Assembly: GCA_964589975.1 (NCBI GenBank)
Contig: CAZPVH010000001.1
Coordinates: 246,851 to 310,850, forward strand
Source of the DNA: an uncultured Candidatus Saccharibacteria bacterium
Lineage (GTDB): Bacteria; Patescibacteriota; Minisyncoccia; Phycocordibacterales; CSBR16-119
Direction of reading: 5' to 3'
DNA: 64,000 nt
The position numbers and the translations under genes were made by a program. Under the pieces are notes generated by a model that saw only the letters and a program-made list of their open reading frames with translations, ran no database searches and was not told the DNA's origin. Shown in pieces: positions 27,203-37,298 of the stretch (its first letter is position 1; each line of letters starts with the position of its first letter).

Positions 27203-28000
27203 TCATTCAAGTACAAAGATCTGTTGGGTCTCGAATTTCTCATCGGCCTCATTGATCGCCTGCTGACCAGCTTCCATGATGTTGGTTCCCTTCAGGGTTC
27301 CATGGCCCTTTTCAAAGGCCGCATCGACGGTTTGCGATACTTCATGGGACCGGATGAGGTGATGCAAGAATTCGGCGACCGATCCATGATTCCATGTCTC
27401 GAAGATGAATGTATCACCTACACTGAACTTGTCAGCCTTGATCGAGTCACTCCAGTTAATCCGATCACCGAAGGCGGTCTTAATTTCCTCGTTGGTTTCC
27501 TCATCAACATAGTCGAGTTCAAAGATCGGGGTATCTCCGTGCCCTCCTGTATGACTAGCATGGAACTTTATTTCATGGCCATCATCAGCGCATTTGAGCC
27601 GAGCCTTGTCGTGATGCCAGTCATAGCAGAATGAAATGGCATTGATGGACCGAGTGAAGCAAACCTTTGCCCCAGAGTCCTGCAGACGGAGGAATTTCTT
27701 CCCTTCGTATTCTTCCACGACAAACGTGATCTCGACTCGATACTGCCTTCTGGTTCCGTACCGCCCCGCTGCAACTTCCTGGAGCAGCCAGTACAAGAAA
27801 AAGTTGAGAAGATCCGCGGCCTGACTTTCAATCCAAGATCGATCACCGCTAGTCTCCTTGAGAGCATGCTCCGAAACGACCCTATCCATAGCGGCGATCT
27901 TGTCGAGAAGATCAGATTTCGGCACGTTATCAAAGGCATCTTCCACACATGTGGCCTGGAGAAGCTTCGTATGAAGCTCGTCGAAGTCTTTTGTAGCCAT
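27203..28000 (-). CDS. hypothetical protein, GC-rich
   Basis: Start reset to MATKDF at 28000 to avoid an overlap with the methyltransferase gene. Confidence 0.45.
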   Translation of the reverse strand: MATKDFDELHTKLLQATCVEDAFDNVPKSDLLDKIAAMDRVVSEHALKETSGDRSWIESQAADLLNFFLYWLLQEVAAGRYGTRRQYRVEITFVVEEYEGKKFLRLQDSGAKVCFTRSINAISFCYDWHHDKARLKCADDGHEIKFHASHTGGHGDTPIFELDYVDEETNEEIKTAFGDRINWSDSIKADKFSVGDTFIFETWNHGSVAEFLHHLIRSHEVSQTVDAAFEKGHGTLKGTNIMEAGQQAINEADEKFETQQIFVLE

Positions 28001-28064
28001 ATTTTCTGTTTTGTTTTCTAGGCCTAGGATACGCCAAAAAAGCTGTCTGTCAATGCGGCCAGGA

Positions 28065-28814
28065 CTAAACTTTCCTAAGAACCAGACACATGAAAAGTGG
28101 GATTTCTTTTCGCGCATGGTCTTCCATTTTGGCATGGAGTCCAGCGCTTTTTCTATGCGAGATCCATTCTTCTATTTTCACAATTCCAAATCCTGCTTTT
28201 GAAAAAGCCTTCGAGTATACCTGAAGTGGCCTGTGGTAACTCAGGGTCACTTCTTTATCAGTCTGCTTGCCGGGGGTCATATCAATTTTAATTTCCATTT
28301 CGGACATATATGCATCGACATGGCGGTATTGAACTTTTTTATCCGTATCAGTTCCCCATCCAGAATGCTGCGGAACACGGAATGATGGATGATTGAGAAC
28401 GATCACAACTTTGCCATCGTCTTTGATAAGTCTTTTTAGATTGTCTGCGACTGCCGCAAGGTTCTTCATATTCTGTAGCGCAAGTACTACCGTGATTACA
28501 TCAAACTTTTGTCCCGGAAGGAGTTTAGGATCTTCGGCGTTGCCGACCATAAATTTCGCCTTCGCACTTTTCTTCTGGGCGATCTCGATTAGCTGTTTGC
28601 CGAGATCGACACCGACAACACGATTCGAGATTTTCGCGAAATTTTCTATAAAATACCCCTGCCCGCAGCCGAGCTCAAGAAGGGACTCATTCGCCTTCAG
28701 ATTAACGATTCGTTCCAAATTCGGCGCCACCACCTGCGCATGGTAAGTATTATCACCGTCTAGGTGCTTGTCGTACCAATCAGCCACATTTCCCCAGGAG
28801 GTTTCTTTTTTCAC
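28065..28814 (-). CDS. class I SAM-dependent methyltransferase
   Basis: LELGCGQGYF motif I and a VVGVD acidic loop. Confidence 0.75.
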   Translation of the reverse strand: MKKETSWGNVADWYDKHLDGDNTYHAQVVAPNLERIVNLKANESLLELGCGQGYFIENFAKISNRVVGVDLGKQLIEIAQKKSAKAKFMVGNAEDPKLLPGQKFDVITVVLALQNMKNLAAVADNLKRLIKDDGKVVIVLNHPSFRVPQHSGWGTDTDKKVQYRHVDAYMSEMEIKIDMTPGKQTDKEVTLSYHRPLQVYSKAFSKAGFGIVKIEEWISHRKSAGLHAKMEDHARKEIPLFMCLVLRKV

Positions 28815-28911
28815 ATAAATAAGTATATGGCTTATTGGAATTTTTAGTAACTTGACTTGTTGGTTAAAAGCTATACTATTTCGTTTGGTTCTTCACACAA
28901 AACACCAAAAA

Positions 28912-29235
28912 ATGGGCAAGAAACAAGTCTTACCTATAAAGCCGCGCGAGGTTGCCGCAGTCCAAAGATCACAGATACCTCCAGAGGTGATCGAGGTCTT
29001 CAATGAGCTCATTGCCAAGGAGCTCTCATCTAATTCTGCCGTAGTCCAGCAAGAAGATGTGGTAAAAAGGATCGTGGAAAAGATGGGTGTGGAACGCAAA
29101 GAGATCTTCGATGGAAAGTGGCTAAATATCGAAGCAATCTTTCGCAATGCAGGATGGAAGGTCGAGTATGATAGCCCGGGCTACAGCGAGACATACGGAG
29201 CCAAGTTCATTTTCACGAAGAATAAAAAGTCTTAG
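28912..29235 (+). CDS. hypothetical protein
   Basis: Start at MGKKQ, downstream of a TTGACT..TATACT promoter. Confidence 0.4.
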   Translation: MGKKQVLPIKPREVAAVQRSQIPPEVIEVFNELIAKELSSNSAVVQQEDVVKRIVEKMGVERKEIFDGKWLNIEAIFRNAGWKVEYDSPGYSETYGAKFIFTKNKKS

Positions 29236-29290
29236 ATCATACACCTGACGCACAGGCGGTCCCAACGGACCGCCTTTTGCTTTTTTCTAG

Positions 29291-29593
29291 ATGCTTGACA
29301 TGTGGATTTTAATAGATATTATATTCAAAAAAACAGAACCGATGGAACAAGCGAGTAAAAAGCTTCTCAAGGCAGTTGAGAACCTTTCGATGGCAAAAAG
29401 CGTCGGGATTTTCGGACTGATTGTCCTCGGCTTCACTTCATTCTGCCTATCACTAAAATGTCTGAACGGCGGAGTTTCCGCGGCATTCGCAATTGGCTCA
29501 CTGGTGGCCGGAATACTCGGACCGATCATGGTTTGTATCGGCTGCGACGCCGCGCTGAAATACCTAAGGGGAGAAGAAGAGAAGCAAAGTTGA
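29291..29593 (+). CDS. small membrane protein
   Basis: Two TM helices. Confidence 0.4.
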   Translation: MLDMWILIDIIFKKTEPMEQASKKLLKAVENLSMAKSVGIFGLIVLGFTSFCLSLKCLNGGVSAAFAIGSLVAGILGPIMVCIGCDAALKYLRGEEEKQS

Positions 29594-29647
29594 AGAACCC
29601 AAGAACTAAACGAAAAGGTCTCGCTCTATGCGGGACCTTTCGAATTT

Positions 29648-30538
29648 TTATAGTCCGGTATTTTGTAGCTCTTCAATAAGCTTTTTTTGCTCTCTCGTGA
29701 GACTATCCGGGATCTCGACAGTGACGACGACAAGCAAGTCACCGTGCTGGAATCTTCCGGCGGGAACGCCGCCGCCTTTGATACGGAGAATTTTGCCGGA
29801 CTGAATTCCCTTTGGAATTTTAATTTTTATCGGTCCTTCGACTCCCTCGATATCATATGTAGCGCCAAGTAGTGCATCGGTAAGTTTAACTTTGAGTTCT
29901 GACACAACATGGATCCCCTCTTTCCTTAGAGTTTTATGAGACTCGACATAAATCTTCACTAGAAGATCTCCCGCTTGGCCGTCCGCAACAGGTTCACCAT
30001 AGCCGGCAACTTTCATCATCTGTCCAGACTCAATACCAGCCGGTATCTTAAGAGTTACATCTTTTTTATCTTTCTGAGCGCTATTATCCGGAATTCGGAT
30101 AGTTTTCTCGGTACCGAGAATTGATTCTTTGAAATTGAGTGTAAGAGAAAGGATTATGTCACGACCCTTTCGGACACGTCGCCCGCCGAAGCCTCCACCA
30201 CCGAATGCTGAAAAGATGTCGTTCAGATCAAATTCCTGACCGCCCTGGAAGCCGTCGAAGTTAATATTAAACCCGCCGAAATCAAATCCGCCGAATCCTT
30301 GTGCGCCCCCACCCTGTCCTCCGAACTGCGGCCCCGCGCTTCCGAAACGGTCATACTGCGCACGTTTCTGGTCGTCAGAAAGAACCTGGTAAGCCTCGTT
30401 CACCTCCTTGAACTTGGCTTCATTACCAGTTTTTTTGTCAGGATGATATTCATGGGCGAGTTTTCGGAACGCTTTCTTTATATCTTCCTTTGAGGCAGAT
30501 TTTTCGACATTTAAAGTTTTATAGTAGTCTTTAGACAT
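29648..30538 (-). CDS. dnaJ: DnaJ-family chaperone lacking the Cys-rich zinc-finger domain (class B type)
   Basis: J-domain HPD motif and a G/F-rich region. No CxxCxGxG repeats. Confidence 0.85.
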   Translation of the reverse strand: MSKDYYKTLNVEKSASKEDIKKAFRKLAHEYHPDKKTGNEAKFKEVNEAYQVLSDDQKRAQYDRFGSAGPQFGGQGGGAQGFGGFDFGGFNINFDGFQGGQEFDLNDIFSAFGGGGFGGRRVRKGRDIILSLTLNFKESILGTEKTIRIPDNSAQKDKKDVTLKIPAGIESGQMMKVAGYGEPVADGQAGDLLVKIYVESHKTLRKEGIHVVSELKVKLTDALLGATYDIEGVEGPIKIKIPKGIQSGKILRIKGGGVPAGRFQHGDLLVVVTVEIPDSLTREQKKLIEELQNTGL

Positions 30539-30539
30539 A

Positions 30540-30992
30540 TTACTCGGAGAATTTTCCTATGATCGGCTTTTCGATATTTAGATAATCTGCCTTGTTGATT
30601 CTAAGTGATTCTGTCAGAAGGCCGATATTGAAGTTTAACACATCTTCAAGCGCCTCGTCCGCATATGTCTGGACTCCCAGCACTGATCCAAACGGAGGAA
30701 CAGAACCCGGAACGCAGCTGAATTCGCTCTCGACATCGGTCACGAAGCTAACTTTCTCGCCAACAGATTCTTGAACCGCTTTCGTGTCTAGTCTCTTATG
30801 CGCCGGGATAACAACAAGGTACCGCTTCTCGGTTTTCTTACCACGCAGGACAATAGCTTTCGCACCAGATGAAAGCGAGACGCCCCGAATATCCGAAGCT
30901 TCCTGACTAGTTCGCACTGGCGCATGTGTATCGTGCTTGTGTTCGATATCTTTTACGAGTTCTAGGATTTTATCTCGATGTTCTTTTGACAT
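30540..30992 (-). CDS. YbaK/ProX-like aminoacyl-tRNA deacylase domain protein
   Basis: GSVPPFG motif and about 150 aa. Confidence 0.55.
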   Translation of the reverse strand: MSKEHRDKILELVKDIEHKHDTHAPVRTSQEASDIRGVSLSSGAKAIVLRGKKTEKRYLVVIPAHKRLDTKAVQESVGEKVSFVTDVESEFSCVPGSVPPFGSVLGVQTYADEALEDVLNFNIGLLTESLRINKADYLNIEKPIIGKFSE

Positions 30993-31031
30993 TTTGTTAT
31001 TTTATCTTATGATGAGCGCAAACCTCGCAAT

Positions 31032-31406
31032 ATGGTAACCTTCATAAACTACCTGCTCACTTTCTGCTTCATAGCAGGCCTAGTGATCCACCTCTCAGCA
31101 TTCCTCGGATTGCTGTGGGAGACCCGCTGTGACAGGCCGCGACCTGTGATCCACAAAAAGCTGATGGCTATCGGTAACCGAGGAATTCAGCTGATCCAGG
31201 TCAGCCTACTCCTCTCGGTTGTCTGGATCTGTATCGTTGGTTCTCAGCTGAACCCAGGACGATACATCGCAATCCTCGTCATTGGATACGGGATTGCATT
31301 TGCCGTCTGGGTACCATTCAAGCTTCTGCTTTTTATGGCTTCCGGTGGTTCTCAAAGAATGATCGACAAGCTCTTTGGTTCAGCCGTACCTCCAAGCCCC
31401 GCATAG
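31032..31406 (+). CDS. membrane protein
   Basis: Three or four TM helices. Confidence 0.4.
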   Translation: MVTFINYLLTFCFIAGLVIHLSAFLGLLWETRCDRPRPVIHKKLMAIGNRGIQLIQVSLLLSVVWICIVGSQLNPGRYIAILVIGYGIAFAVWVPFKLLLFMASGGSQRMIDKLFGSAVPPSPA

Positions 31407-31448
31407 GGGCTTTTTGGTTACCCTTCTTATTGTCAATTGACCTAAACT

Positions 31449-31790
31449 ATGTCATCTGATATGTTTGTAAAAAACCATCTCAAGATGCAACATCTACTCG
31501 TGACCTTCGCTTGGCTCTGCACATTTGCAGGACTAGCATTCTGGCTCTGGGCCAAGTACCGAATGTTCCAATTGGCAACAAAGAAGAATTCTGATCAAAG
31601 GAAACTCTGGATGAAAGATGGATACAGATACACAACCTTGTGCGCCCTTCTCTTGGCCCTTTCGAGTTCTATACTCGCTCAGGGACCTTTGTGGAAATTC
31701 CTGCTCTTTTATCTAGGACTTTGGGCCATAGGGACTGTGAACATATACCTCTGGGGTAAACGACCTCTTTCCAAATGGAGCGAACGCTGA
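31449..31790 (+). CDS. membrane protein
   Basis: Three TM helices. A bidirectional terminator lies at 31795-31830. Confidence 0.4.
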   Translation: MSSDMFVKNHLKMQHLLVTFAWLCTFAGLAFWLWAKYRMFQLATKKNSDQRKLWMKDGYRYTTLCALLLALSSSILAQGPLWKFLLFYLGLWAIGTVNIYLWGKRPLSKWSER

Positions 31791-31832
31791 GCTGCCCTGC
31801 CACCTCGACCAATTGTCGAGGTGGTTTCTTTT

Positions 31833-33716
31833 TTACTCCTTCTTATCATCCACAACCTCCGCCTCCTGCGTACCGTCATCCCTCTTTGGCTCACTCGCCT
31901 GTGCTTTACTCATCGCTTCGCCGATTTTCTGCATTTCAGTCATGAGTGCCTCTGTCGCAGACTTCAGGCGTCCGCCTTCGTCTGTGTGATGATCTGGGAG
32001 CTCTTTCACTTCCTTCAATTTCGCTACCTTTTCCTCAACAGACTTCTTCACATCATCGCCAATCTTACCCTCAGCGTCTTTGATCGCTTTCTCAGCAGTA
32101 AAGATTGTCATCTCGGCATTGTTCTTGATATCGACAAGCTCTTTCTTTTTCTTGTCGGCGTCAGCGTTCAGTTCTGCGTCCTTTTGCATCTTTTTAATTT
32201 CTTCTTCAGAGAGTCCAGATGAAGCTTCGATACGAATTGACTGCTCTTTGCCGGAAGTTTTGTCCTTCGCTTTCACGTTGAGGATTCCGTTTGCGTCGAT
32301 ATCGAACGTAACTTCAATCTGCGGAACTCCACGTGGAGCTGGTGGAATTCCCTCGAGGACGAATCGTCCGAGAGATTTGTTGTCAGTTGCCATTGGACGC
32401 TCGCCCTGAACGATATGGATTTCTGTAGAAGTCTGATTGTCAGCCGCGGTCGAGAAGACCTGTGACTTAGAGGCTGGGATAGTCGTGTTCTTTTCGATAA
32501 GTTTCGTCGCGACACCACCCAGAGTTTCGATACCAAGTGATAGTGGGATAACATCGAGAAGTAGAACGTCTTTGACATCGCCCTGAAGGACTCCGCCCTG
32601 GATTGCAGCACCTAGCGCCACAACTTCATCAGGATTAACGCCAAGGTTTGGCTTCTTGCTAAAGAGTTTTTCTACAGCCTCCTGCATGGCTGGCATGCGC
32701 GTCTGTCCGCCGACAAGAATGACTTCGTTTATTTCATTCATCTTGAACGGTGAGGCATCCATCGCGCGCTTAGTGATTTCAATAGCGCGGTCAATGAATT
32801 CACGGCAGAGGTCTTCGAGTTCTGCTCGCTTCATAGTACGAACAAGGTGCATCGGTCCAGCCTCGCCACTTGTGATGAATGGGATATTTATTTCAGTTTC
32901 GAGAGCGGTCGAAAGCTCAATCTTCGCCTTTTCAGCCGCGTCGTCTAGTCGCTGACGAGCAAGAGGATCTTTACGTAGATCGATACCATTTTCCTTCTGG
33001 AAGCCTTCCGCGAGCCAGTTCATGATTTTCTGGTCAACGTCCTTGCCTCCGAGGTGGGCGTCGCCGTCAGTAGACTTCACCTCGATAGTGTCTTCAGAAA
33101 CTTCGAGAACGGAAATATCAAATGTTCCTCCACCGAAATCGAAGACGACAATCTTCTCATCCTTTTTCTTATTAAATCCGTACGCGAGAGCGGCCGCCGT
33201 TGGTTCGTTGATGATTCGTTTTACATCAAGCCCCGCGATCTTTCCCGCGTCCTTTGTCGCCTGACGCTGAGCATCGTTAAAGTATGCTGGCACAGTAATG
33301 ACAGCTTCAGTAATCTTGGTACCAAGCTTCGCTTCCACGTCAGCCTTGATCTTCTGGAGGATCATCGCCGAGATTTCTTCTGGACGCTTCCACGCGTCGC
33401 CGAATTTTACTTCGATTCCACCATTTTCAGATTTTCGAGTCTCGAAAGGAATGGATTTTATGTCTTTCTGCACTTCAGGCTCATCGTAGTTGTGGCCGAT
33501 AAAGCGCTTGATCTGGTAGATCGTGTTCTTCGGGTTCGTGATGGACTGACGCTTGGCAGTAACGCCGACCATGATGTCACCGTTCTTCGCGAGCGCGACG
33601 ATAGACGGTGTGGTGCGCATGCCTTCAGCGTTCTCAATTATTTTCGGCTGGCCGCCTTCGATGATGGCGACAGCTGAGTTTGTGGTTCCTAAGTCTATGC
33701 CTATTATTTTACTCAT
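31833..33716 (-). CDS. dnaK: chaperone DnaK (Hsp70)
   Basis: [18 protein letters not shown] and the rest of the Hsp70 signature set. Confidence 0.97.
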   Translation of the reverse strand: MSKIIGIDLGTTNSAVAIIEGGQPKIIENAEGMRTTPSIVALAKNGDIMVGVTAKRQSITNPKNTIYQIKRFIGHNYDEPEVQKDIKSIPFETRKSENGGIEVKFGDAWKRPEEISAMILQKIKADVEAKLGTKITEAVITVPAYFNDAQRQATKDAGKIAGLDVKRIINEPTAAALAYGFNKKKDEKIVVFDFGGGTFDISVLEVSEDTIEVKSTDGDAHLGGKDVDQKIMNWLAEGFQKENGIDLRKDPLARQRLDDAAEKAKIELSTALETEINIPFITSGEAGPMHLVRTMKRAELEDLCREFIDRAIEITKRAMDASPFKMNEINEVILVGGQTRMPAMQEAVEKLFSKKPNLGVNPDEVVALGAAIQGGVLQGDVKDVLLLDVIPLSLGIETLGGVATKLIEKNTTIPASKSQVFSTAADNQTSTEIHIVQGERPMATDNKSLGRFVLEGIPPAPRGVPQIEVTFDIDANGILNVKAKDKTSGKEQSIRIEASSGLSEEEIKKMQKDAELNADADKKKKELVDIKNNAEMTIFTAEKAIKDAEGKIGDDVKKSVEEKVAKLKEVKELPDHHTDEGGRLKSATEALMTEMQKIGEAMSKAQASEPKRDDGTQEAEVVDDKKE

Positions 33717-33726
33717 ATGATTTTTA

Positions 33727-34251
33727 TTAACTTCTAATATTTTGAATAATTTTTTCTACAACCGCATTAACTGGCACTTCTGTATTTATCAGTATTGCCC
33801 CTTTGTCTAGCATCTCTTTTTCGTAATCCTTGTACCAACTGAGCAGCATTTCTTTTTCAGAATCATCTTTTCCAAAATTATGATTCTTTCTTTCGGTAAT
33901 CCTTTTGAGAAATGTTTCCTCAAGACACTGGAACAGGAAAAATTTATCAAAGAGACCGATGATGTCACCCAGATTATCCGCGAGGCCAACAACACCTACC
34001 GCCTCTTTACCCTCATGGCTGTCTATCATGCTCTTTAGCATTTCTTTATCGCAAATGTATCGATTTTTCTCAAAGAACTCTCTTCCAATGCCAGGCTGCC
34101 AGTAAGCTCGCTCGCCGGTATCCTGATTTATCCATTTGCACAAGTCTTTTACATGATCCAGATCGATTATCGGGATGTCTCGCCTGGCCAATTCTTCGCC
34201 AACTGTCGATTTTCCTGTTCCTGAAACCCCGGTTATAAAAAACTTTTTCAT
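33727..34251 (-). CDS. P-loop nucleotide kinase-like protein
   Basis: Walker [10 protein letters not shown]. Sits between grpE and dnaK. Confidence 0.55.
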   Translation of the reverse strand: MKKFFITGVSGTGKSTVGEELARRDIPIIDLDHVKDLCKWINQDTGERAYWQPGIGREFFEKNRYICDKEMLKSMIDSHEGKEAVGVVGLADNLGDIIGLFDKFFLFQCLEETFLKRITERKNHNFGKDDSEKEMLLSWYKDYEKEMLDKGAILINTEVPVNAVVEKIIQNIRS

Positions 34252-34256
34252 TTTTA

Positions 34257-34814
34257 TTATTTCTTAACAAATAACTTTACTTGCGCCGGACGGATAATAG
34301 TTTTCTTCGTCTTGTATCCTTTCTGAACGATCTCCGCTATATGATGATCCTGCGACTCGTCTTCTATCTCAATTTCTTCGACAATATGATGAATTTCTGG
34401 ATTGAATTTTTCTTTTGCGTCTTTTATTTCTTCCACTCCGTTGTTCTCGAGGATCTTGCAAAGCTGGTTGTAAATATATTCCACACCCTTACGCCAATTT
34501 TCTGAGACCGATTCCCACGAAGCTTTATTCTTCATCGCCATCTCGAAACTGTCGAGCACGGGAAGCAATTCTTCGATGAATCCTTCGACAACATAACCCT
34601 TTAGGTCTTTCAGTTGCTCGCCGGAATTTTTCTGGAGGTTCGCATAGTCAGCGAGAGCCCTTTGCCAACCATCAAGATTTTTCTGAGATTCATCCTTGGC
34701 ATCTTTTAGGTCTTGCCGAAGCTTCTTTATCTTGTCCGCACCTGTGGATTCCCCCTCCTCCTCGGTAAACTCGATTTCTGGTTCAAAATTATCATCATTT
34801 TTGTCTAATTTCAT
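34257..34814 (-). CDS. grpE: nucleotide exchange factor GrpE
   Basis: Coiled-coil N-terminus and a GrpE C-terminal beta domain. Confidence 0.85.
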   Translation of the reverse strand: MKLDKNDDNFEPEIEFTEEEGESTGADKIKKLRQDLKDAKDESQKNLDGWQRALADYANLQKNSGEQLKDLKGYVVEGFIEELLPVLDSFEMAMKNKASWESVSENWRKGVEYIYNQLCKILENNGVEEIKDAKEKFNPEIHHIVEEIEIEDESQDHHIAEIVQKGYKTKKTIIRPAQVKLFVKK

Positions 34815-34928
34815 CCCTTTAGAGATAGCAAACTTTTAGTTTGCGTACCCCACCAAACTTAATAATAATTTTAACTATTCCTCAAGCTCCCACTTAGATT
34901 TCTTCGGTAATCTGACATCTCTAACGGG
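34811..34928. repeat. intergenic inverted-repeat element, copy G (degenerate)
   Basis: Left arm CATCCCTTTAGAGATAGC overlaps the grpE ATG. Right arm ATCTCTAACGGGAC lies at about 34915-34928. Confidence 0.55.
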
Positions 34929-35025
34929 ACAAGTGACTTAAGTATAGACTAATTTATAATTTTGACAAGTATTTCACGTACGTGGAAAACTTGCTAATAC
35001 CAATACTATATGCTAAATTTTATAC

Positions 35026-35541
35026 ATGTCAAGAAAACCAAGCATCCAAGAAGAAATACTCGAAAAACTCTCCAGTAAGAAGGCCCTTAACCGGGCAACT
35101 TTGACGCCTGAAGACGCGAAAAGTCGCTATGCTATAACTCGTAGTATAAAAAACCTCTCCGAAGCTGGACTTGTCGAGGAAATCGAAACTGCTCAGTCAT
35201 CGTTTCTCCGTCTCACCGCCGAAGGCCGGCAAAAACTCCGTAATATAAAACTTTCAAATCCAAAATCTCTCGTCGACACAAGATGGGATGGATATTGGCG
35301 TATGATTATCCTCGATCTTCCTGAATCCAGAAAGAGTGAACGTGACTCGATCCGCTACATTTTGAAAAAGGCAGGATTTCTATGTATGAAAAATTCTGTT
35401 TGGGTTTCGCCCTTCCCTCTCGAGCACCTGTTTATGAATATTAAAACTGATTTGGGTCTCCATGATGAAATCATGATTGTCGTTACGCAATCCATCGACC
35501 CCGTCACGGAAAAATCCCTCCTCCAAAGCTTCGGACTGTAG
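35026..35541 (+). CDS. winged-helix DNA-binding protein (possible regulator, divergent from grpE-dnaK)
   Basis: N-terminal HTH-like region. No HrcA similarity. Confidence 0.45.
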   Translation: MSRKPSIQEEILEKLSSKKALNRATLTPEDAKSRYAITRSIKNLSEAGLVEEIETAQSSFLRLTAEGRQKLRNIKLSNPKSLVDTRWDGYWRMIILDLPESRKSERDSIRYILKKAGFLCMKNSVWVSPFPLEHLFMNIKTDLGLHDEIMIVVTQSIDPVTEKSLLQSFGL

Positions 35542-35592
35542 TAAAAGAAAGGCACCGCCCATATGGACGGTGCTTTGCTTCTTGTTTCCTGC

Positions 35593-35997
35593 TCAGACGC
35601 GCTTCTTCGGCATCCCATGCCAGTCCAGAAGACGTTGAAAGGCCAGTTGCCATGTCGGGAAATTCTCATTGATGCGGGTCTTTCCCACATTATACTCGTT
35701 GTAGATGCATTTGGTCTCCGTCATGGTAATGAAAGCGCTGTGCTTCACCTTGGTATTACCCTCAACCTCGATGTGAAGCTCGAGTCGCAACAGGGTCATA
35801 TCGTGAAGTCGGACGCTTTCCGCCGTGTTGAACGGCCTGTGCCAATTACCACCGCCATTAACGACGTCCTCCAGGGTCACCAGGTAACCTGTCAGGTTAT
35901 GCTTTCCATTAGGACCGCTAATGATCTTGCTTGTCAGGTCTTTCACAAGATCTGAGAAGAAGGACTTAGCTTTGATGTATTCGAAGTGCATGTCCAT
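35593..35997 (-). CDS. hypothetical protein
   Basis: Start reset to the internal Met because the TTGACA-N17-TATTAT promoter overlaps the first ATG. Confidence 0.4.
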   Translation of the reverse strand: MDMHFEYIKAKSFFSDLVKDLTSKIISGPNGKHNLTGYLVTLEDVVNGGGNWHRPFNTAESVRLHDMTLLRLELHIEVEGNTKVKHSAFITMTETKCIYNEYNVGKTRINENFPTWQLAFQRLLDWHGMPKKRV

Positions 35998-36085
35998 GGT
36001 TCGGGGGTTTTCTGTATACATAATAGCATACTATATCATATTTGTCAATAATAGAAAAGAGCGCCTTACGGGGCGCCCTTTCTGC

Positions 36086-36703
36086 TTACTTCTTATACCT
36101 CTTCTGCTCGAACTCCTCCAAAAGCTCGATGAACTGGATAAATTCCTTCTCCAGCGCCTTCCGGTCCTTGATGGAAGCTCCCAGTTCTCCACCGCCACCC
36201 TCGTACACTTCCGCCACCTCCGAGGAAGATACTTGGACGCTGGTACATCTTCCATGCTCCCAGATGAAGTCAGCTTGGAAGATTCGATAACCTCCTACCT
36301 GATTTGGATCGCCCGGCGAGGTTTCAATCCCTACCTGCGTCCACGCATGTTGATCTTCCACAGATGGTGACATGCCAACATCAAAGCTGCTGAACATTCG
36401 GTAAGTATAATTGATACCGTACGGTTGCTTCAAGGTCTCGTCATGCTTGGTGAATTCGATAGTTATATCTTCGCCGTCGCTATCGGGGTGTGTCAGGTCA
36501 TAGAGCAGGAAAGCCATCAAGTAGCGATGCGCAATGGGACAAGCCGTCGTGGTATCGAGGTCAAAATGCCAGAAGAACGTGTCTGGTTCGTCGATGAACG
36601 TCGAGAGTCCTTCGGGGAGCTTCGTGGTGTCCTTTCCCGTCTGCGCGTAGACTGACTGGAAAGCTGCAGCAAAAAGGAAAATGCCAAGGATCAGATGTCT
36701 CAT
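36086..36703 (-). CDS. secreted hypothetical protein
   Basis: Signal peptide MRHLILGIFLFAAAFQSVYA. Own promoter and terminator. Confidence 0.5.
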   Translation of the reverse strand: MRHLILGIFLFAAAFQSVYAQTGKDTTKLPEGLSTFIDEPDTFFWHFDLDTTTACPIAHRYLMAFLLYDLTHPDSDGEDITIEFTKHDETLKQPYGINYTYRMFSSFDVGMSPSVEDQHAWTQVGIETSPGDPNQVGGYRIFQADFIWEHGRCTSVQVSSSEVAEVYEGGGGELGASIKDRKALEKEFIQFIELLEEFEQKRYKK

Positions 36704-36802
36704 GTAGTGGTTTGTTTTGTTAATATATTATCTAAAATTTTTAATTTGTCAATAAATGAAAAGCCCCCGACACCGTCGGGGGCTTCTTCGTCCATGAGCT
36801 CT

Positions 36803-37243
36803 TCAGCCCACGACCTCGAGTTCGTTCTCGAAGAACTCGCGGCTGTTGAAGTACACCTCATCCTTGCTTCCGATGGCAATGAAGTCCGGCGCGCCGCCCT
36901 TCTCGTCGCCCTCCAGCGTCTTCAGCGTCACATCCACTTCTTCGGGGATCTCGACGACCGTAGTTGTCACGTTCTTGACGAAATGTCCCGGCTTGCCAGC
37001 CACCTCCTCATAGGTGTTGGCGAAGATGTCCTTCTTGCAGGAGTAGATGCTGCCATCGGGCTTCTCCACCACCCAGTCCTGTCCGGCGACCGCCTCGAGC
37101 ACTCCATACTTGGTCGGGATCTCCTCTTTGTCACCGTTCGGTTCACGAACGGTCACGGTTGTCTTTTTGCGCACCACGAGGCGCTTCCACTCTGCGGGGA
37201 TTTCTACCCCCTTTTTAATGACGACTGCGGTTTTCGTACTCAT
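36803..37243 (-). CDS. hypothetical protein (146 aa)
   Basis: Complete ORF. A terminator follows it at about 36755-36790. Confidence 0.45.
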   Translation of the reverse strand: MSTKTAVVIKKGVEIPAEWKRLVVRKKTTVTVREPNGDKEEIPTKYGVLEAVAGQDWVVEKPDGSIYSCKKDIFANTYEEVAGKPGHFVKNVTTTVVEIPEEVDVTLKTLEGDEKGGAPDFIAIGSKDEVYFNSREFFENELEVVG

Positions 37244-37298
37244 CCTTAATGGAATTGGTTTAGTGAGATCCTAGCACACTTTTTATTATTGTCAATGG

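Noticed and set aside
34815-35025. CIRCE/HrcA operator upstream of grpE
   Set aside because: The inverted repeat present (CCCTTTAGAGAT ... ATCTCTAACGGG) has about 85 bp spacing and belongs to the repeat-element family. It is not CIRCE (TTAGCACTC-N9-GAGTGCTAA).
36030-36060. Recurrent TTGTCAATAATAGAAAAG-plus-hairpin motif (also seen at about 36752, 40072, 47640) as a possible novel repeat
   Set aside because: Read on the coding (minus) strand, it is simply an intrinsic terminator whose T-run runs into a consensus -35 TTGACA of the next gene's promoter. These are compact terminator-promoter junctions, not a repeat family.
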